Positions 47,511 through 57,977 of a stretch of 64,000 nucleotides of DNA are shown here, in pieces. A model generated the notes under the pieces. The model was not told the DNA's origin. It worked only from the letters and a program-made list of their open reading frames with translations, and made no database searches. Positions within the stretch are counted from its first letter, which is position 1. The number at the start of each line of letters is the position of its first letter. The position numbers and the translations under genes are program-made. The stretch is from positions 2,512 to 66,511 of the forward strand of contig JBBSMX010000004.1 of the NCBI GenBank assembly GCA_038232935.1, written 5' to 3'. Origin of the DNA: Rhodothermales bacterium (GTDB lineage Bacteria; Bacteroidota; Rhodothermia; Rhodothermales; JANQRZ01).

Positions 47511-48014
47511 ATGGAACTCAACACGCTCCACGACCTCTACCTCCAGCAACTCAAGGACCTCTACAGCGCCGAAACCCAACTCGTCGATGCCCTGCCGGAC
47601 ATGGCGAAGGCGGCCCACCACCCGGACCTGAAGCAGGCCTTCAGCGAGCACCTCCAGCAGACCAAGCAGCAGAAGAGCCGGCTCGACAAGGTCGGCCAGT
47701 CCCTCGGCGAAGACCTCTCCGGTGAGACCTGCCAGGCCATGAAGGGCCTCATTAAGGAAGGCAAGGAGATGATCAAGCTGAAGGCCGCCGAGCCCGTGAA
47801 GGACGCCGGTCTCATCGCCGCCGCCCAGCGCGTCGAGCATTACGAGATCGCCGGCTACGGCACCGTGTGCACCTTCGCCGAGATGCTCGGCCGCCACGAC
47901 GACCTCCATCTCCTCAAGGAGACTCTCTCCGAAGAAAAGAACACGGATGAGAAGCTGAGCAAGATCGCGAAGCGGACGGTGGATCCCGCAGCGATGCAGG
48001 GAGCCCCGGCGTAA
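47511..48014 (+). CDS. DUF892 (YciE/YciF ferritin-like) stress protein
   Basis: MELNTLHDLYLQQLKDLYSAETQLVDALPDMAKAA..AAQRVEHYEIAGYGT is a typical DUF892 pattern. Confidence 0.85.
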   Translation: MELNTLHDLYLQQLKDLYSAETQLVDALPDMAKAAHHPDLKQAFSEHLQQTKQQKSRLDKVGQSLGEDLSGETCQAMKGLIKEGKEMIKLKAAEPVKDAGLIAAAQRVEHYEIAGYGTVCTFAEMLGRHDDLHLLKETLSEEKNTDEKLSKIAKRTVDPAAMQGAPA

Positions 48015-48027
48015 CGCCAGCTTCGGT

Positions 48028-48062
48028 GGCGGGGGCTTGCATGGCGAGCCCCCGCCTTCTTC
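48028..48062 (+). terminator. Probable intrinsic terminator after the DUF892 gene
   Basis: 10-bp stem ggcgggggct / agcccccgcc, 9-nt loop, then ttcttcccc. Confidence 0.5.
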
Positions 48063-48147
48063 CCCTCTAAGGCGCTTTGGAGATGTACGAGACTTTCAGG
48101 AAGGAGGACGACAGCATCGAGGTCGTCCTCGAGCAGAGGACGGTCTG

Positions 48148-49179
48148 ATGAAGAAGACGCTGCTGACGCTCGGCGGCATCGCCGGAGCAATCGGGCTGAG
48201 CCGGGTCGTGCGGACGCAGCACCGGATCCCGTTGCGGGGCCGGACCGTGCTGATCTCCGGTGGGTCGCGCGGGCTCGGGCTCGTCCTCGCCCGACGGTTC
48301 GCCCAGGAGGAAGCCCGCCTCGTCCTGTTGGCCCGGACCGCCGACGATCTCGACCGAGCCCGCGATGACCTGGAGTTACGCGGGGCCGATGTGCTCACCA
48401 TCCCGTGCGATGTCCGGGATCGGGAGGCCGTGGAGGCCGCTGTCGCCCAAGCGGTCAAGCTGTTCGGCCGGCTGGACGTGCTCGTCCACAACGCCGGGGT
48501 GATCGAGGTCGGCCCGGCCGAGCACATGGACGAGCGGGATTACCGCGAGGCGCTCGACGTGCATTTCTGGGGCGCGTACTATCTCACCGAAGCCGCGCGG
48601 CCCCACCTCCGGCGCGATAGGGAAGGGCGGATCGCGTACGTCGCCTCCATCGGCGGGCGCGTAGCCGTGCCCCACCTCGCGCCCTACGCTGTGAGCAAGT
48701 TCGCGCTCGTCGGCTTCGCCGATGCGATGCGGGCGGAGCTGGCCGCCGAGGGCATCCGCGTCACGACGATCACGCCGGGGCTCATGCGGACGGGCTCCCA
48801 CGTCAACGCTACCGTCAAAGGCCGGCACGAGGAGGAGTTCGCGTGGTTCGCCATCTCCGACGCCAACCTCCTCCTCTCCGCTGACGCCGACCGCGCCGCC
48901 CGGCAGATCGTCGAGGCCGTCCGCTACGGCGACCCGGCGCTCACGATCACACTCCCGGCCAAGCTCCTTGCCGCGCTCGACGGCGCGTTCCCCGGCCTCG
49001 TCGGCACGGCGATGAAGGGGGCGAGCCGCCTGCTTCCCGGCCTCGCCGGCCCGTCGGGCGACCGGCGCCAGACGGGGTGGGAGAGCTTCTCCGCCGCCGC
49101 GCCCTCCGTCCTCACCCGCCCTGCCGACGAGGCGATCTCCGCGAACAACGAGTTGCGCGGCCACGAGAACATCGTGTGA
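48148..49179 (+). CDS. SDR-family oxidoreductase with N-terminal membrane anchor
   Basis: MKKTLLTLGGIAGAIGL.. anchor. TVLISGGSRGLG Rossmann motif. YAVSKFALVGF catalytic YxxxK. Confidence 0.85.
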   Translation: MKKTLLTLGGIAGAIGLSRVVRTQHRIPLRGRTVLISGGSRGLGLVLARRFAQEEARLVLLARTADDLDRARDDLELRGADVLTIPCDVRDREAVEAAVAQAVKLFGRLDVLVHNAGVIEVGPAEHMDERDYREALDVHFWGAYYLTEAARPHLRRDREGRIAYVASIGGRVAVPHLAPYAVSKFALVGFADAMRAELAAEGIRVTTITPGLMRTGSHVNATVKGRHEEEFAWFAISDANLLLSADADRAARQIVEAVRYGDPALTITLPAKLLAALDGAFPGLVGTAMKGASRLLPGLAGPSGDRRQTGWESFSAAAPSVLTRPADEAISANNELRGHENIV

Positions 49180-49328
49180 TGCGAAGCCGAGCGATCACGA
49201 CGGGGCGGGCGACCACGAGACGAGGGTCGTCTCTACGGGTGTAGAAAATTGGGTGTAGGGGCAAGCCCTCGTGGCTGCCCGACCCCGCCTCTGCCGCCGC
49301 GGATTGCCCGGCCCCCCACGCCCTCGTC

Positions 49329-49401
49329 TCAGAACCGGTAGCGGAGCTGGAGGGCGAGGTCGCGCACGCGGCTGCCCTCGACCTCGTTGAGCCCGCTGCT
49401 G
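49329..49401 (-). pseudogene. Remnant A: truncated copy of the 3' end (stop codon included) of the HhH/OM gene at 61708
   Basis: 73 nt beginning tcagaa.. align with 61708-61780 with only 3 mismatches by eye. It would encode ..SGLNEVEGSRVRDLALQLRYRF*. No upstream ORF. Confidence 0.8.
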
Positions 49402-49511
49402 CGGCGCAGCGACGAGACTAACCCATCAATAATTTGCATGTCGCTCTAAAATTTCATACAGTGCAGGAACGGCTACCGCCTACGAACAGTCTGTGCCACC
49501 CAAACCGAACG

Positions 49512-52188
49512 GTGCCATGCGTACTCTCTCTCTCTCTCTGCGCACTGAGTTTAGCCCTGATAGCGAGCGCTGACTATTCACGAGCGCAAGACCCCTCCGG
49601 TGACTGGTGTGCTTTCGAGCCCCCAGCCACCGAGCCCGCTGTCAATTACCTCCTCGCGCCGACCGGGCCGATCCGCGTCCCCGTCGTCTTCCACGTCTTC
49701 TACAACGATGCAGGGGTGGGGAACCACGATCTCGCCGACCTCCAGACGCAGATCGACACGATGAACATGGCGCTCGACGGCAGCGACATCACTCTCTTCC
49801 TACGGGGCGTGAACCGCGTCGAGGACAACGCACTCTTCGAGAACATCGACTCGACCGGTGCCAACGGGAGCGGAGCCAAGCAGACGCACTACGTCGATTC
49901 GGGCCGCGTGCTCAACGTGTACCTCGGCCATATTCCGGGTAGCACCGGCGGCTATGCTCAGATGCCGGTCCCTGGTTCCGGCGGTATTGGCGACGCCGTC
50001 ACCGTCGAGACCTTCACGATTCCAGGTAACCCCTGGCGGATGGGGAGCCAGCCGGACGAAGGGGGCACCTTCGTCCACGAGGTCGGCCACTGGCTCGGTC
50101 TCTACCATACGTTCCAAGGCTCTCTCCTCGTGTCCGGTCGCGACGTACCCCGCCTGCCTCAGCAACGGCGACCAAGTCTGTGACACGCCCCCTGACTCGT
50201 TAGATTTGAATCAACCCCCCAACATCTGTTACGCGCAGAACTCCTGCCCCGACATGCTCGGACCTGGCGGGACCGACGCTGACGACGACATCTACAACTA
50301 CATGGACTACAGCCTCAACTTCTGCTGGCGGCACTTCACGCCGGGGCAGTTCGAGCGGATGCGGGCGCTCGTGGGGCAGTACCGGGCGGGGCTCGTGAAC
50401 GGTGACGGGGCGACGGTCCGCTACGACCGGAGCATCACCGTCGCGTCGAACCAGAATTGGGCGTGGTACGGGGCCAACGTTCGATTCCCCGCCTCCGAGG
50501 GGTACACCGTCTACGGAGGGCTCACCTCCTCCAACGCTACGTTTGGTCCTACTGATGCCGCACAAGGTTGGGACGGGTTCCGCTTCGAGAGCGGGGCTTC
50601 CGGGTCCCTCTCCGGGCCATCCGCTGGGTCCACCGTTGAGGGGGTGAAGCAATACGGCGGTGCGGCTCTCTACGTTCTGAACGCCGACCTCACCCTCGAC
50701 GGTGCCACCATCACGGGGAGCACGCTCGGGAGCGGAGCGGCCGGTGTCTACGCTACCGGCTCCAGCGCCTACGTCCATGTCAAGAACGGTAGCTTCATCA
50801 AGAGCAATGAGGGGCGTGGGATCTATGCCGGCAATGGGGCTGATGTCTATGTCGAGGAGAGCTTCATCGAACAGAATAACGGGGATGGGGTCTACGCAGG
50901 CAACGCCGACGTCTTCCTCTACGACAGCGAGGTCAAGAGCAACGGCGGGTACGGCACGCGCGCCCACTATTTCGGCAACGTCGTATTCGGCATCCCCTTC
51001 AGCGGCTACCCCACGCCGAACCAGAACAACCTCCTGACGCAGAACTCCACCGGCACGCTCGCCGCTACGAGCTACGCCGACCTCAGCGCCGGGTCTACTC
51101 CCGGCGATTTCTCCCAGAACGACTTCTACCGGCAATCCTCCCAGCTCCACGCCTACGCCCGAACCTCCTCCGACGTCCGCGCCCAGTGTGACTTCTGGGG
51201 GAGTACGAGCGGTCCGAACCTCTCCTACGTGAACCTCGATGGGAGCAGTACCTTCACGTACGTGCCCTACCTGATCCAATCAGGGGGGAACTGCGGGACA
51301 GTCAACGCCCGCTCCAGTGAAACCCCCGGTGTAGCCAGCGTAAATGGAATAGAAGGCGATGAGACTCCGTCTGGTTTCACACCGCTGGTGTGGCAAGCAC
51401 TTCAGGCAGCCGATGCCGGAGACTTCGCCACCGCCGCCGGCCTACTCCGGCGGGCTATCCGGGGAGCCGAAAGCCAGGCAGACCGGGAGCGAGCCTATGC
51501 TGTGGTCACCCGGCTCATGAGGCGGGTGGAGCCTGAACTGCTCGTCGCCTTCCTCGAAGGGCGGAGAAGCCGGGTGACGGAGCGGCCGTGGGTACTCTTG
51601 GCGCTGGCCGAGGCACACCTCGCGGCCGGGGATGCGGAGGCTGCATCGGCTGCTGCCTCGGCGCTTACCGAGGAGAACCCCGAGGGAGCGCACGGCCTCT
51701 TTGGGTACGCCATCCTGCACAGGCTGGCACTCACGTCAGGGGACGTGTCGGCGGCTGAGGCGGTGCTCACATCGGCAGAAGTCGGGTGGCCGGACGCGGA
51801 GGTGACGGCGCTCATGCAATCCGAGCACGCGGCGTGGCTGGGCGAGGAACCGGCTGGCGGCGCGCGCTCGGCACCGACTCCTCTCGCGGCGGTAGCGGCG
51901 GTGGCTCCCGAGGCATACGCCCTCGAAGCGCCGTATCCGAATCCGACCGATGGGAGCGTGACGGTACCATTCAGGCTGGCAGACGAAGCTGAGGTGACGG
52001 TCGAGGTGCTCGACGTGCTCGGTCGCCGCGTAGCGGTGCTCCTACGTGAGCGGCTTCCGGCCGGGCAGCACGAGGCCGTACTCGACGCTGCACACTTCGC
52101 GCCGGGGCTCTACCTGCTCCGCGCTGAGGTACAGACGGACGCAGGCGACGTGCGTTTACTTCAGCAGCAACTCACCGTCGTCCATTGA
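49512..52188 (+). pseudogene. M43 (cytophagalysin/pappalysin-type) zinc metallopeptidase with beta-helix repeats, TPR-like region and T9SS CTD; frameshifted
   Basis: The frame-3 ORF carries the signal peptide and HEVGHWLGLYHTFQG, then runs to a stop at 50183. The family continuation ..CPVATYPACLSNGDQVCDTPPDS..NYMDYS..FTPGQFERM is in frame 1. The shift lies within 50121-50130 (tctctcctcg). C-terminal T9SS CTD YPNPTDGSVTVPF..LYLLRAEV... Confidence 0.75.
49524..49539 (+). repeat. (CT)8 dinucleotide tract in the signal-peptide coding region of the M43 gene
   Basis: ctctctctctctctct read directly from the sequence. An ATG at 49517 is out of frame with the ORF by the equivalent of one CT unit. Confidence 0.95.
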
Positions 52189-52259
52189 ATACGCTAGAGG
52201 CGGAGGAGGCTTGTGCGAGCGGGCCCTCTCCGCTTCTGCGTTTAGTCCGGAGGTCGGCA

Positions 52260-53564
52260 ATGAAACGCGCTGTGTTGTTTGCAACGATGATTGGCTTCTG
52301 CGCCACGGCTTCTCAAGTTCCGGCTCAGCCTCTGGGTAGGCTCAATTGGGAACCCGTTGGCACGCTTGCTTATGCTGAAGGGCTATTTACGGCCGGCGAT
52401 ACAGCCGTCTATGCTGCTTCTGGTACCAATGGATTCTTCGTCATCCGGCAGGAGGAGCAGGATTGGACGCCGATTGTAGCGCCTCATGCCCAAGATGTAT
52501 GGGTCTCATCTGAAGGGTACCTTTTCGCCTTCAATACGGTCGATACAGATCGCTCGACGGATGGAGGGCAGACGTGGCGCGAAGTTCTCAGCGGTAGTGA
52601 GACCGTCCCCTTCCTCACGCCTTCGAGAACCCTCTTGGCGGGCGAGGGCAATTGCTGCGGCCTCGCCCGCTCCACCGACGCCGGGGCGCGCTGGACGACG
52701 ATCGAGATGGATGAGTTCGTCGGGTTCGGCCTCATCCCCTATGGCTTCGCCGCCCTTCCACCTTCGGAGACGCTCCCCCGGGACCGCATCGTCGGGGCAG
52801 GGCGCGGCGGTATCGTTTACAGCGACGACGACGGGCTCACGTGGGAGCCGACGGCGCTCGTTCAGAACTTCAACATCGTCGCGCGCTCCATCGTCCGCGC
52901 TCCCAACGGGTTCTTCTACGCCGCCGTCAACGGCCTCTTCGCCAGCGCGTTCGGCGGCGTCTTCGAGAGCGCGGACGGGGCAACGTGGGAGCTGGCCGGG
53001 ACGATCCCCGGCGAGTGGAGCTACGGCTATCAACTTCTCTCTACCCCGGACGGTGCGCTCTACGCCATCGCCGTCGGGCAGCCCGAGGGGGGTGAGGTGT
53101 ACCGGTCGCTCGACGCGGGGCGGACGTGGAAAGAGACGGGGCCGGTGTGGACGGAGCGGAATGTGCGGCTCAACGAGCTGGTGGTGGGGCCGGGCGGGCA
53201 CCTCTGGGCCGGGACCACCGGGGTCGGAGCGGGGGCCACGGGCGGCGTGTTTCGGACGGTGGGGCCGGTGTTCACGGTGGCGGCGGAGGCCCCTGCTGCG
53301 GCGTCCTCGGGCCTCCGGCTCTATGCCTACCCCAACCCGTCGAGCGGAGGCGCGAACGTGGCGCTGACCCTCCCGGCCCCGTCGGTCGTCCGCCTCGCCG
53401 TCTACGACGCGCTCGGGCGCGAGGTGGCCGTCCTCCACGACGGCCTGCTTGGTGCAGGCGACCACCGGTTCTCCGTAGGCTCCGGCCTCGCACCAGGCAT
53501 CTACGTCCTCCGTGCCACGGCGGGTGGGGCCTCGGTCTCGGCTCACGTCACCCTCATCCGCTGA
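52260..53564 (+). CDS. Asp-box (BNR) beta-propeller protein with T9SS CTD
   Basis: Signal peptide MKRAVLFATMIGFCATASQVPAQ. Asp-boxes STDGGQTW, STDAGARW, SDDDGLTW, SADGATW, SLDAGRTW. CTD YPNPSSGGANVALTL..IYVLRATA..TLIR. Confidence 0.85.
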   Translation: MKRAVLFATMIGFCATASQVPAQPLGRLNWEPVGTLAYAEGLFTAGDTAVYAASGTNGFFVIRQEEQDWTPIVAPHAQDVWVSSEGYLFAFNTVDTDRSTDGGQTWREVLSGSETVPFLTPSRTLLAGEGNCCGLARSTDAGARWTTIEMDEFVGFGLIPYGFAALPPSETLPRDRIVGAGRGGIVYSDDDGLTWEPTALVQNFNIVARSIVRAPNGFFYAAVNGLFASAFGGVFESADGATWELAGTIPGEWSYGYQLLSTPDGALYAIAVGQPEGGEVYRSLDAGRTWKETGPVWTERNVRLNELVVGPGGHLWAGTTGVGAGATGGVFRTVGPVFTVAAEAPAAASSGLRLYAYPNPSSGGANVALTLPAPSVVRLAVYDALGREVAVLHDGLLGAGDHRFSVGSGLAPGIYVLRATAGGASVSAHVTLIR

Positions 53565-53625
53565 GTTGGGCACCGTGCGTGTGAGGCTCGCTCAACGAGC
53601 TCTCCACTTACCTGATCGAAACGCC

Positions 53626-54537
53626 ATGAAACGACTTGCTACGATCTGCCCACTCCTGCTGCCCTTTGTCCTCGCGGCCCCGACCTACGCGCAGGAGGAG
53701 ATGCCCGACACGACGAGCGCCGAGCGCTACTTCCCCCTCGAGGGGGGGAACGTGTGGGAGTACGAGGGCGAGAACACCCTGTTTGGAACGCGAGAAGACC
53801 AGCGGCGGGCGGTGACGGGGGATACCCTCGTCGGCGACGTCCGCTACTTCCGCTACGAACAGCAGCTCGTGGATTCCACCGGGGCACCGGCCGGGCCGCT
53901 CCGCGTGGCCTACGTCCGCTTCGACACCCTCTCCACCGAGGTCCGGACCCTGGGCGGGAGTGGAGGCACCTACGGCGTTCCGTATGACTTCCCGCTCGGG
54001 GCACCCTTCGGCAGTAGCCCGGAGTACGACGGCTGTACCACGGATGTGCGCGGGGGGTACGGAATGACGGTCGAGATCCGTGACGACGCCGTCGTCACGT
54101 CCGTGAAGGTCGTGGACTTGGGAAATTGCGAGTATCGTAGCACCTTCGCGGCCGGCATCGGTTTCGTGGACTACAATGCGCTCGGCGGTTACCTCGACCT
54201 CGTCTACGCCCGCGTCGGCGGCATCGAATACGGCGAGCCCATCGCCGTAGCCGCTGAAGCTGCACCGGACACCATCGAGCCTCCTGCCTTCGAAGTCTAT
54301 CCGAACCCCGCGCGCCGGTCGGTGACGGTTCTGTACGAAACAGCCGTGCCCGGAAACGTCCGGCTGACGGCGACAGACGCGCTCGGACGGGCCGTAGCCG
54401 TGCTGGAGGACGGGTTCAAACCGGCGGGGCACCACGAAGCGCGCCTCGACGTAGCGGGCCTGGTGCCGGGGGTGTACGTGCTCCGGCTGACTACGGCTAC
54501 AGGCAAGAGAACGCAAAAACTGACGGTGCTGCGGTAG
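53626..54537 (+). CDS. Secreted protein of unknown function with T9SS CTD
   Basis: Signal peptide MKRLATICPLLLPFVLAAPTYAQ. CTD VYPNPARRSVTVLYE..VYVLRLTTATGKRTQKLTVLR. Confidence 0.8.
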   Translation: MKRLATICPLLLPFVLAAPTYAQEEMPDTTSAERYFPLEGGNVWEYEGENTLFGTREDQRRAVTGDTLVGDVRYFRYEQQLVDSTGAPAGPLRVAYVRFDTLSTEVRTLGGSGGTYGVPYDFPLGAPFGSSPEYDGCTTDVRGGYGMTVEIRDDAVVTSVKVVDLGNCEYRSTFAAGIGFVDYNALGGYLDLVYARVGGIEYGEPIAVAAEAAPDTIEPPAFEVYPNPARRSVTVLYETAVPGNVRLTATDALGRAVAVLEDGFKPAGHHEARLDVAGLVPGVYVLRLTTATGKRTQKLTVLR

Positions 54538-54560
54538 GGGCGAGCGCGCTGCGCCCCTAC
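54534..54560. terminator. Palindromic hairpin at the convergence point of + and - strand genes
   Basis: Perfect 9-bp stem gtaggggcg / cgcccctac with a 9-nt loop. It overlaps the TAG stop of the gene ending at 54537. Confidence 0.45.
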
Positions 54561-54584
54561 GTCGTTTACGGCGGCGTGTCCCCC

Positions 54585-54745
54585 TCAGAATCGATAGCGG
54601 AGCTGGAGGGCGAGGTCGCGCACGCGGCTGCCCTCGATCTCGTTCAGCCCGCTGCTGACGGTGCGGCGGTCCTCGAAGCGCGTCTCGGCCAGCTTCAGCC
54701 GGAGGTCGAGGCCCTCGAACCGGCCGCCCGGCTTGAAGGTCAGCA
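54585..54745 (-). pseudogene. Remnant B: truncated copy of the 3' end (stop codon included) of the HhH/OM gene at 61708
   Basis: About 160 nt beginning tcagaa.. align with 61708-61868 at roughly 9 of 10 positions by eye. It would encode ..FEGLDLRLKLAETRFEDRRTVSSGLNEIEGSRVRDLALQLRYRF*. It has no start and abuts the stop of the gene ending at 54755. Confidence 0.8.
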
Positions 54746-54754
54746 CCCCGGCTG

Positions 54755-56362
54755 TCATCGTACCATCGTGACCCGCTCGGTTAAGTGCCTCTCCCCGACT
54801 TCCGCACGGACGAGGTAAAGCCCACTTGGGAGGCCCGCCCCGTCGAGCGCGAACTCGTGCTTACCCGGCGCGAGCCACCCCTCATGCAACACTCCCACCT
54901 CACGCCCGAGCACATCGTAAACCGCAACCCCCACGTCCGATGCCGCGTCGAGCGTGAGCACGACGGTCGCCGCCCCCGCCGACGGGTTGGGGTACGCCGA
55001 GAGCGACACGGCTTCTGGCTCTGTCGCCTGCTCCTCCGCACTCGTCCCCTGTGTCACCGTCAGCGTGAGCGGGACCTCGACGGCCGCGCCCGTTCCGGCG
55101 TCGAACGCCTGCAACGCCGAGGTGTACATGCCCACCGCCCGAGCGCCCGCCCGGAACGTCAGCACGACTTCCATGCTGTCGCCCGGCGCGAGCGTCCCAT
55201 CCCACGCTCCCTCCGGCCCGGCGTCCGAGCCCACCACGAGCCACGACGGCGGGAGCGGGTGCGGGCGGACGCCGACGATGCCGGTGTGCTCGAAGTTCGT
55301 GAACGTCATGTACATCACGCCGTTGGGGTCGATCCTGCTGCGGAGCGGGTTCGCCCGTGGGCCGAAGCCGGCGTTCTCGAAGAGCACAGCCGGCACCGGC
55401 GTCTCTAGCTCCTCGCCCTCGCTGGTGCCCCAGCGGTCCACCACGGCGATGCGGTTGAAGCCGGGCGCGCCCTGGGGGAAGGCGGCGTACTCGATGCGGA
55501 CGCCTTCGGCTCCGCCCTCCGTGCCGCCGTGGGCGTCGGGGGTGCCGATGAGCGCGGGCGGGGGATACGGCTCGGGGCGGAGGGGGTAGCCTTCGGCGAG
55601 GGTGCCCGTGCGGTCCACCGCCCATATTGCCCGCGTCTCCCCGTTGACCCCGACGAAGTAAAAGAGGTCGGTGGCCGCGTCGTAGCTCGGGCCACCGGCG
55701 ACGAAGTCGTCCACAGGCCCCTCCGGGGGGGCGAGTTCGATGCGGCGGCCGGTGGCGACCCCGTCGAGGTCGCCTTCGAGGAGAAGCACGCGGAACGTCA
55801 CACGCTGCCCGTTGATCGAGCGGTTCTCCCCGTTCATCCACCACAGCGTCCCGCTCTCGGTGTCGTAGCCCACGCCCCACGTACCGGGGAAGGGGTCGAG
55901 TTCGGGGACGGTGGGGTGCTCGAACGAGCGGAGGAGCGCGAGGTTGGGCGTGAACTCGAACGTCCGGTGCAGCCCGCTCACCTCGGCGGAGAAGAGACGG
56001 CCCTCCGGCGTCATCGCAATGGCGGCGGGTCCCCACCCGCCCCCGAGGTCGTCCTCGTCGAAGCGGTAGAGCACCTCGCCGTAGGCCCCGCACGGCGCGC
56101 CCCCACCGGCCGCACCCCCCGCAAGCCGGGCTTCTCCTTCGGTTCGCTGCAACGGGCGGTCGAAGGAGACGCAGAAGGTGAGCGCTTCGCTCCCCGCGTT
56201 CGTCAGCGCCACCGTCCGCGTGATCGTTTCGTACCGCGCGACGTCTACACTCACGCTCGACGGCTCGATCACGAGTTGTGCCCGCGCGGGGGCGGCGCTC
56301 ATCAACACCACGCCGAGCGCCACCCCCGCTGCGACGCAGCGTAGAGTCAGCGTCTCCATCAT
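54755..56362 (-). CDS. Secreted protein of unknown function with T9SS CTD (tandem paralogue 1)
   Basis: Signal peptide ..VVLMSAAPARAQ. 535 aa, colinear similarity to the next gene. CTD YPNPSAGAATVVLTL..LYLVRAEVGERHLTERVTMVR. Confidence 0.8.
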   Translation of the reverse strand: MMETLTLRCVAAGVALGVVLMSAAPARAQLVIEPSSVSVDVARYETITRTVALTNAGSEALTFCVSFDRPLQRTEGEARLAGGAAGGGAPCGAYGEVLYRFDEDDLGGGWGPAAIAMTPEGRLFSAEVSGLHRTFEFTPNLALLRSFEHPTVPELDPFPGTWGVGYDTESGTLWWMNGENRSINGQRVTFRVLLLEGDLDGVATGRRIELAPPEGPVDDFVAGGPSYDAATDLFYFVGVNGETRAIWAVDRTGTLAEGYPLRPEPYPPPALIGTPDAHGGTEGGAEGVRIEYAAFPQGAPGFNRIAVVDRWGTSEGEELETPVPAVLFENAGFGPRANPLRSRIDPNGVMYMTFTNFEHTGIVGVRPHPLPPSWLVVGSDAGPEGAWDGTLAPGDSMEVVLTFRAGARAVGMYTSALQAFDAGTGAAVEVPLTLTVTQGTSAEEQATEPEAVSLSAYPNPSAGAATVVLTLDAASDVGVAVYDVLGREVGVLHEGWLAPGKHEFALDGAGLPSGLYLVRAEVGERHLTERVTMVR

Positions 56363-56364
56363 CG

Positions 56365-57975
56365 CTACCTCAAGAGGGTGATCCGCCGTGTGAGCACTTC
56401 GCCCGGCGTCTCTGCCCGGAGGAGATAGACACCGGAGGGGAGGCTACGACCACCGAAGCGGAAGCGGTGCGTGCCTGCCTCGCGTGGCCCCTCAGCAAGA
56501 ACAGCCACGCGGCGGCCGAGCACGTCGTAGACCGTGAGACGAACTTCGGCATCGGTCGGCAGCGTGAGGACTACGGTCGCGGCTCCCGCCGACGGGTTCG
56601 GGTACGCCGCCAGCGACACGGCTTCCGGCACGCCGGCCCCGTCCTCCGCGTCCGTCCCCCGCGTCACCGTCAGCGTGAGCGGGACTTCCACCGCCTCGCC
56701 CGTCGCTGCATCGAACGCCTGCAACGCCGAGGTGTACGTCCCCACCTCGCGTGCGCCTGCCCGGAACGTGAGCACGACCTGCCGACTCTCGTCCGGCGCA
56801 AGCGTCCCGTCCCACGCCGCCTCCGGCCCGGCGTCCGAGTCTACGACGAGCCACGACGGCGGCAACGGGTGCGGACGGATGCCGACGATGCCGGTGTGGT
56901 CAAAGTTCGTGAACGTCATGTACATCACACCGTTGGGGTCCGTCCGGCTCCGCAGCGGGTTTCCATTCGGACCGGCCCCGCCTGCTTCGAGGAGCACCGA
57001 CGGCACCGGCGTCTCGAGCGCCTCGCCCTCGCTGTTGCCCCAGCGGTCTACGACGGCGATCCGGTCGTTCCCCGGCGCGCCCAGCGGGAACGCCCCGTAC
57101 TCGACCCGCACGCCTTCGGGTCCGCCCTCGGCCCCACCGTGAGCGTCGATGATGTTGAAGACGCCCTCGGAGTAGGGCTCCGGGCGGACGGGGTAGCCCT
57201 CGGGCACGGTGCCCGCGCGGTCCACGGCCCAGAGCCTCCAGTTGTCGGGGTTCTGACGGTCGCCGAGTATCCCGAGGAAGTAGAAGCGGTCGGTGGCTAC
57301 GTCGTAGGCGAGGCCGCCGGGGTCGAAAGAGTCGATGGGGTCGTCGGGCGGGGCGACCTGGATGCGGCGGCCGGTGGGGACGCCGTCGAGGTCGCCTTCG
57401 AGGAGGAGCACGCGGCGGGTGCCGCCCTGACTTCCGCCCTGTCGCTCGAAGTTCATCCACCACAGCGTCCCGCTCTCGGTGTCGTAGCCCACGCCCCGTG
57501 TAGCGGGAAACGGCACGAGTTCGGCGACGGTGGGATGCTCAAAGGAGCGGATGAGCGTGAGGTCGTGCGTGAACTCGAACGTCCGGTGGAGAAAGCTCAC
57601 CTCGGAGGTGAAGAGCCGACCCTCCGGCGTCATCACGACGCCAACGGGTCCCCACCCCGCGCCAAAGTCCTCCTCGTCGAAGTAGTGGAGCACTTCGCCG
57701 TATTCACCGCAGGGTGTACCACCGCTGGCTGCGCCCTCCACGAGCCGAGTCTCTCCTTCGGCCCGCTGCAACGGCCGCTCGAAGGAGACACAGAAGGTGA
57801 GCGGCTCCGCCCCCGCATTCGTCAGCGTCACCGTCTGCGTGACCGTCTCCTCCTGCGGCACCATCACCTCGATGCTCTGGGGTTCGATCACGAGTTGCGC
57901 CCACGCGGGGACGGCACTCAGCAAGACCACGCCGAACACCGCCCCCGCCGCGACGCGATACGAGGTCGTCGTCAT
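56365..57975 (-). CDS. Secreted protein of unknown function with T9SS CTD (tandem paralogue 2)
   Basis: 536 aa. Signal peptide ..VVLLSAVPAWAQ. Shares blocks with paralogue 1 (LTFCVSF(D/E)RPLQR, HRTFEFT, GVGYDTESGTLWWMN, DRWG(T/N)SEGE). Its CTD is near-identical to that of the S8 peptidase. Confidence 0.8.
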   Translation of the reverse strand: MTTTSYRVAAGAVFGVVLLSAVPAWAQLVIEPQSIEVMVPQEETVTQTVTLTNAGAEPLTFCVSFERPLQRAEGETRLVEGAASGGTPCGEYGEVLHYFDEEDFGAGWGPVGVVMTPEGRLFTSEVSFLHRTFEFTHDLTLIRSFEHPTVAELVPFPATRGVGYDTESGTLWWMNFERQGGSQGGTRRVLLLEGDLDGVPTGRRIQVAPPDDPIDSFDPGGLAYDVATDRFYFLGILGDRQNPDNWRLWAVDRAGTVPEGYPVRPEPYSEGVFNIIDAHGGAEGGPEGVRVEYGAFPLGAPGNDRIAVVDRWGNSEGEALETPVPSVLLEAGGAGPNGNPLRSRTDPNGVMYMTFTNFDHTGIVGIRPHPLPPSWLVVDSDAGPEAAWDGTLAPDESRQVVLTFRAGAREVGTYTSALQAFDAATGEAVEVPLTLTVTRGTDAEDGAGVPEAVSLAAYPNPSAGAATVVLTLPTDAEVRLTVYDVLGRRVAVLAEGPREAGTHRFRFGGRSLPSGVYLLRAETPGEVLTRRITLLR

Positions 57976-57977
57976 CG

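Noticed and set aside
54576-54818. 80-aa + strand ORF.
   Set aside because: It is the antisense of remnant B of the HhH/OM gene and of the 3' end of the gene at 54755, so it is not an independent gene.
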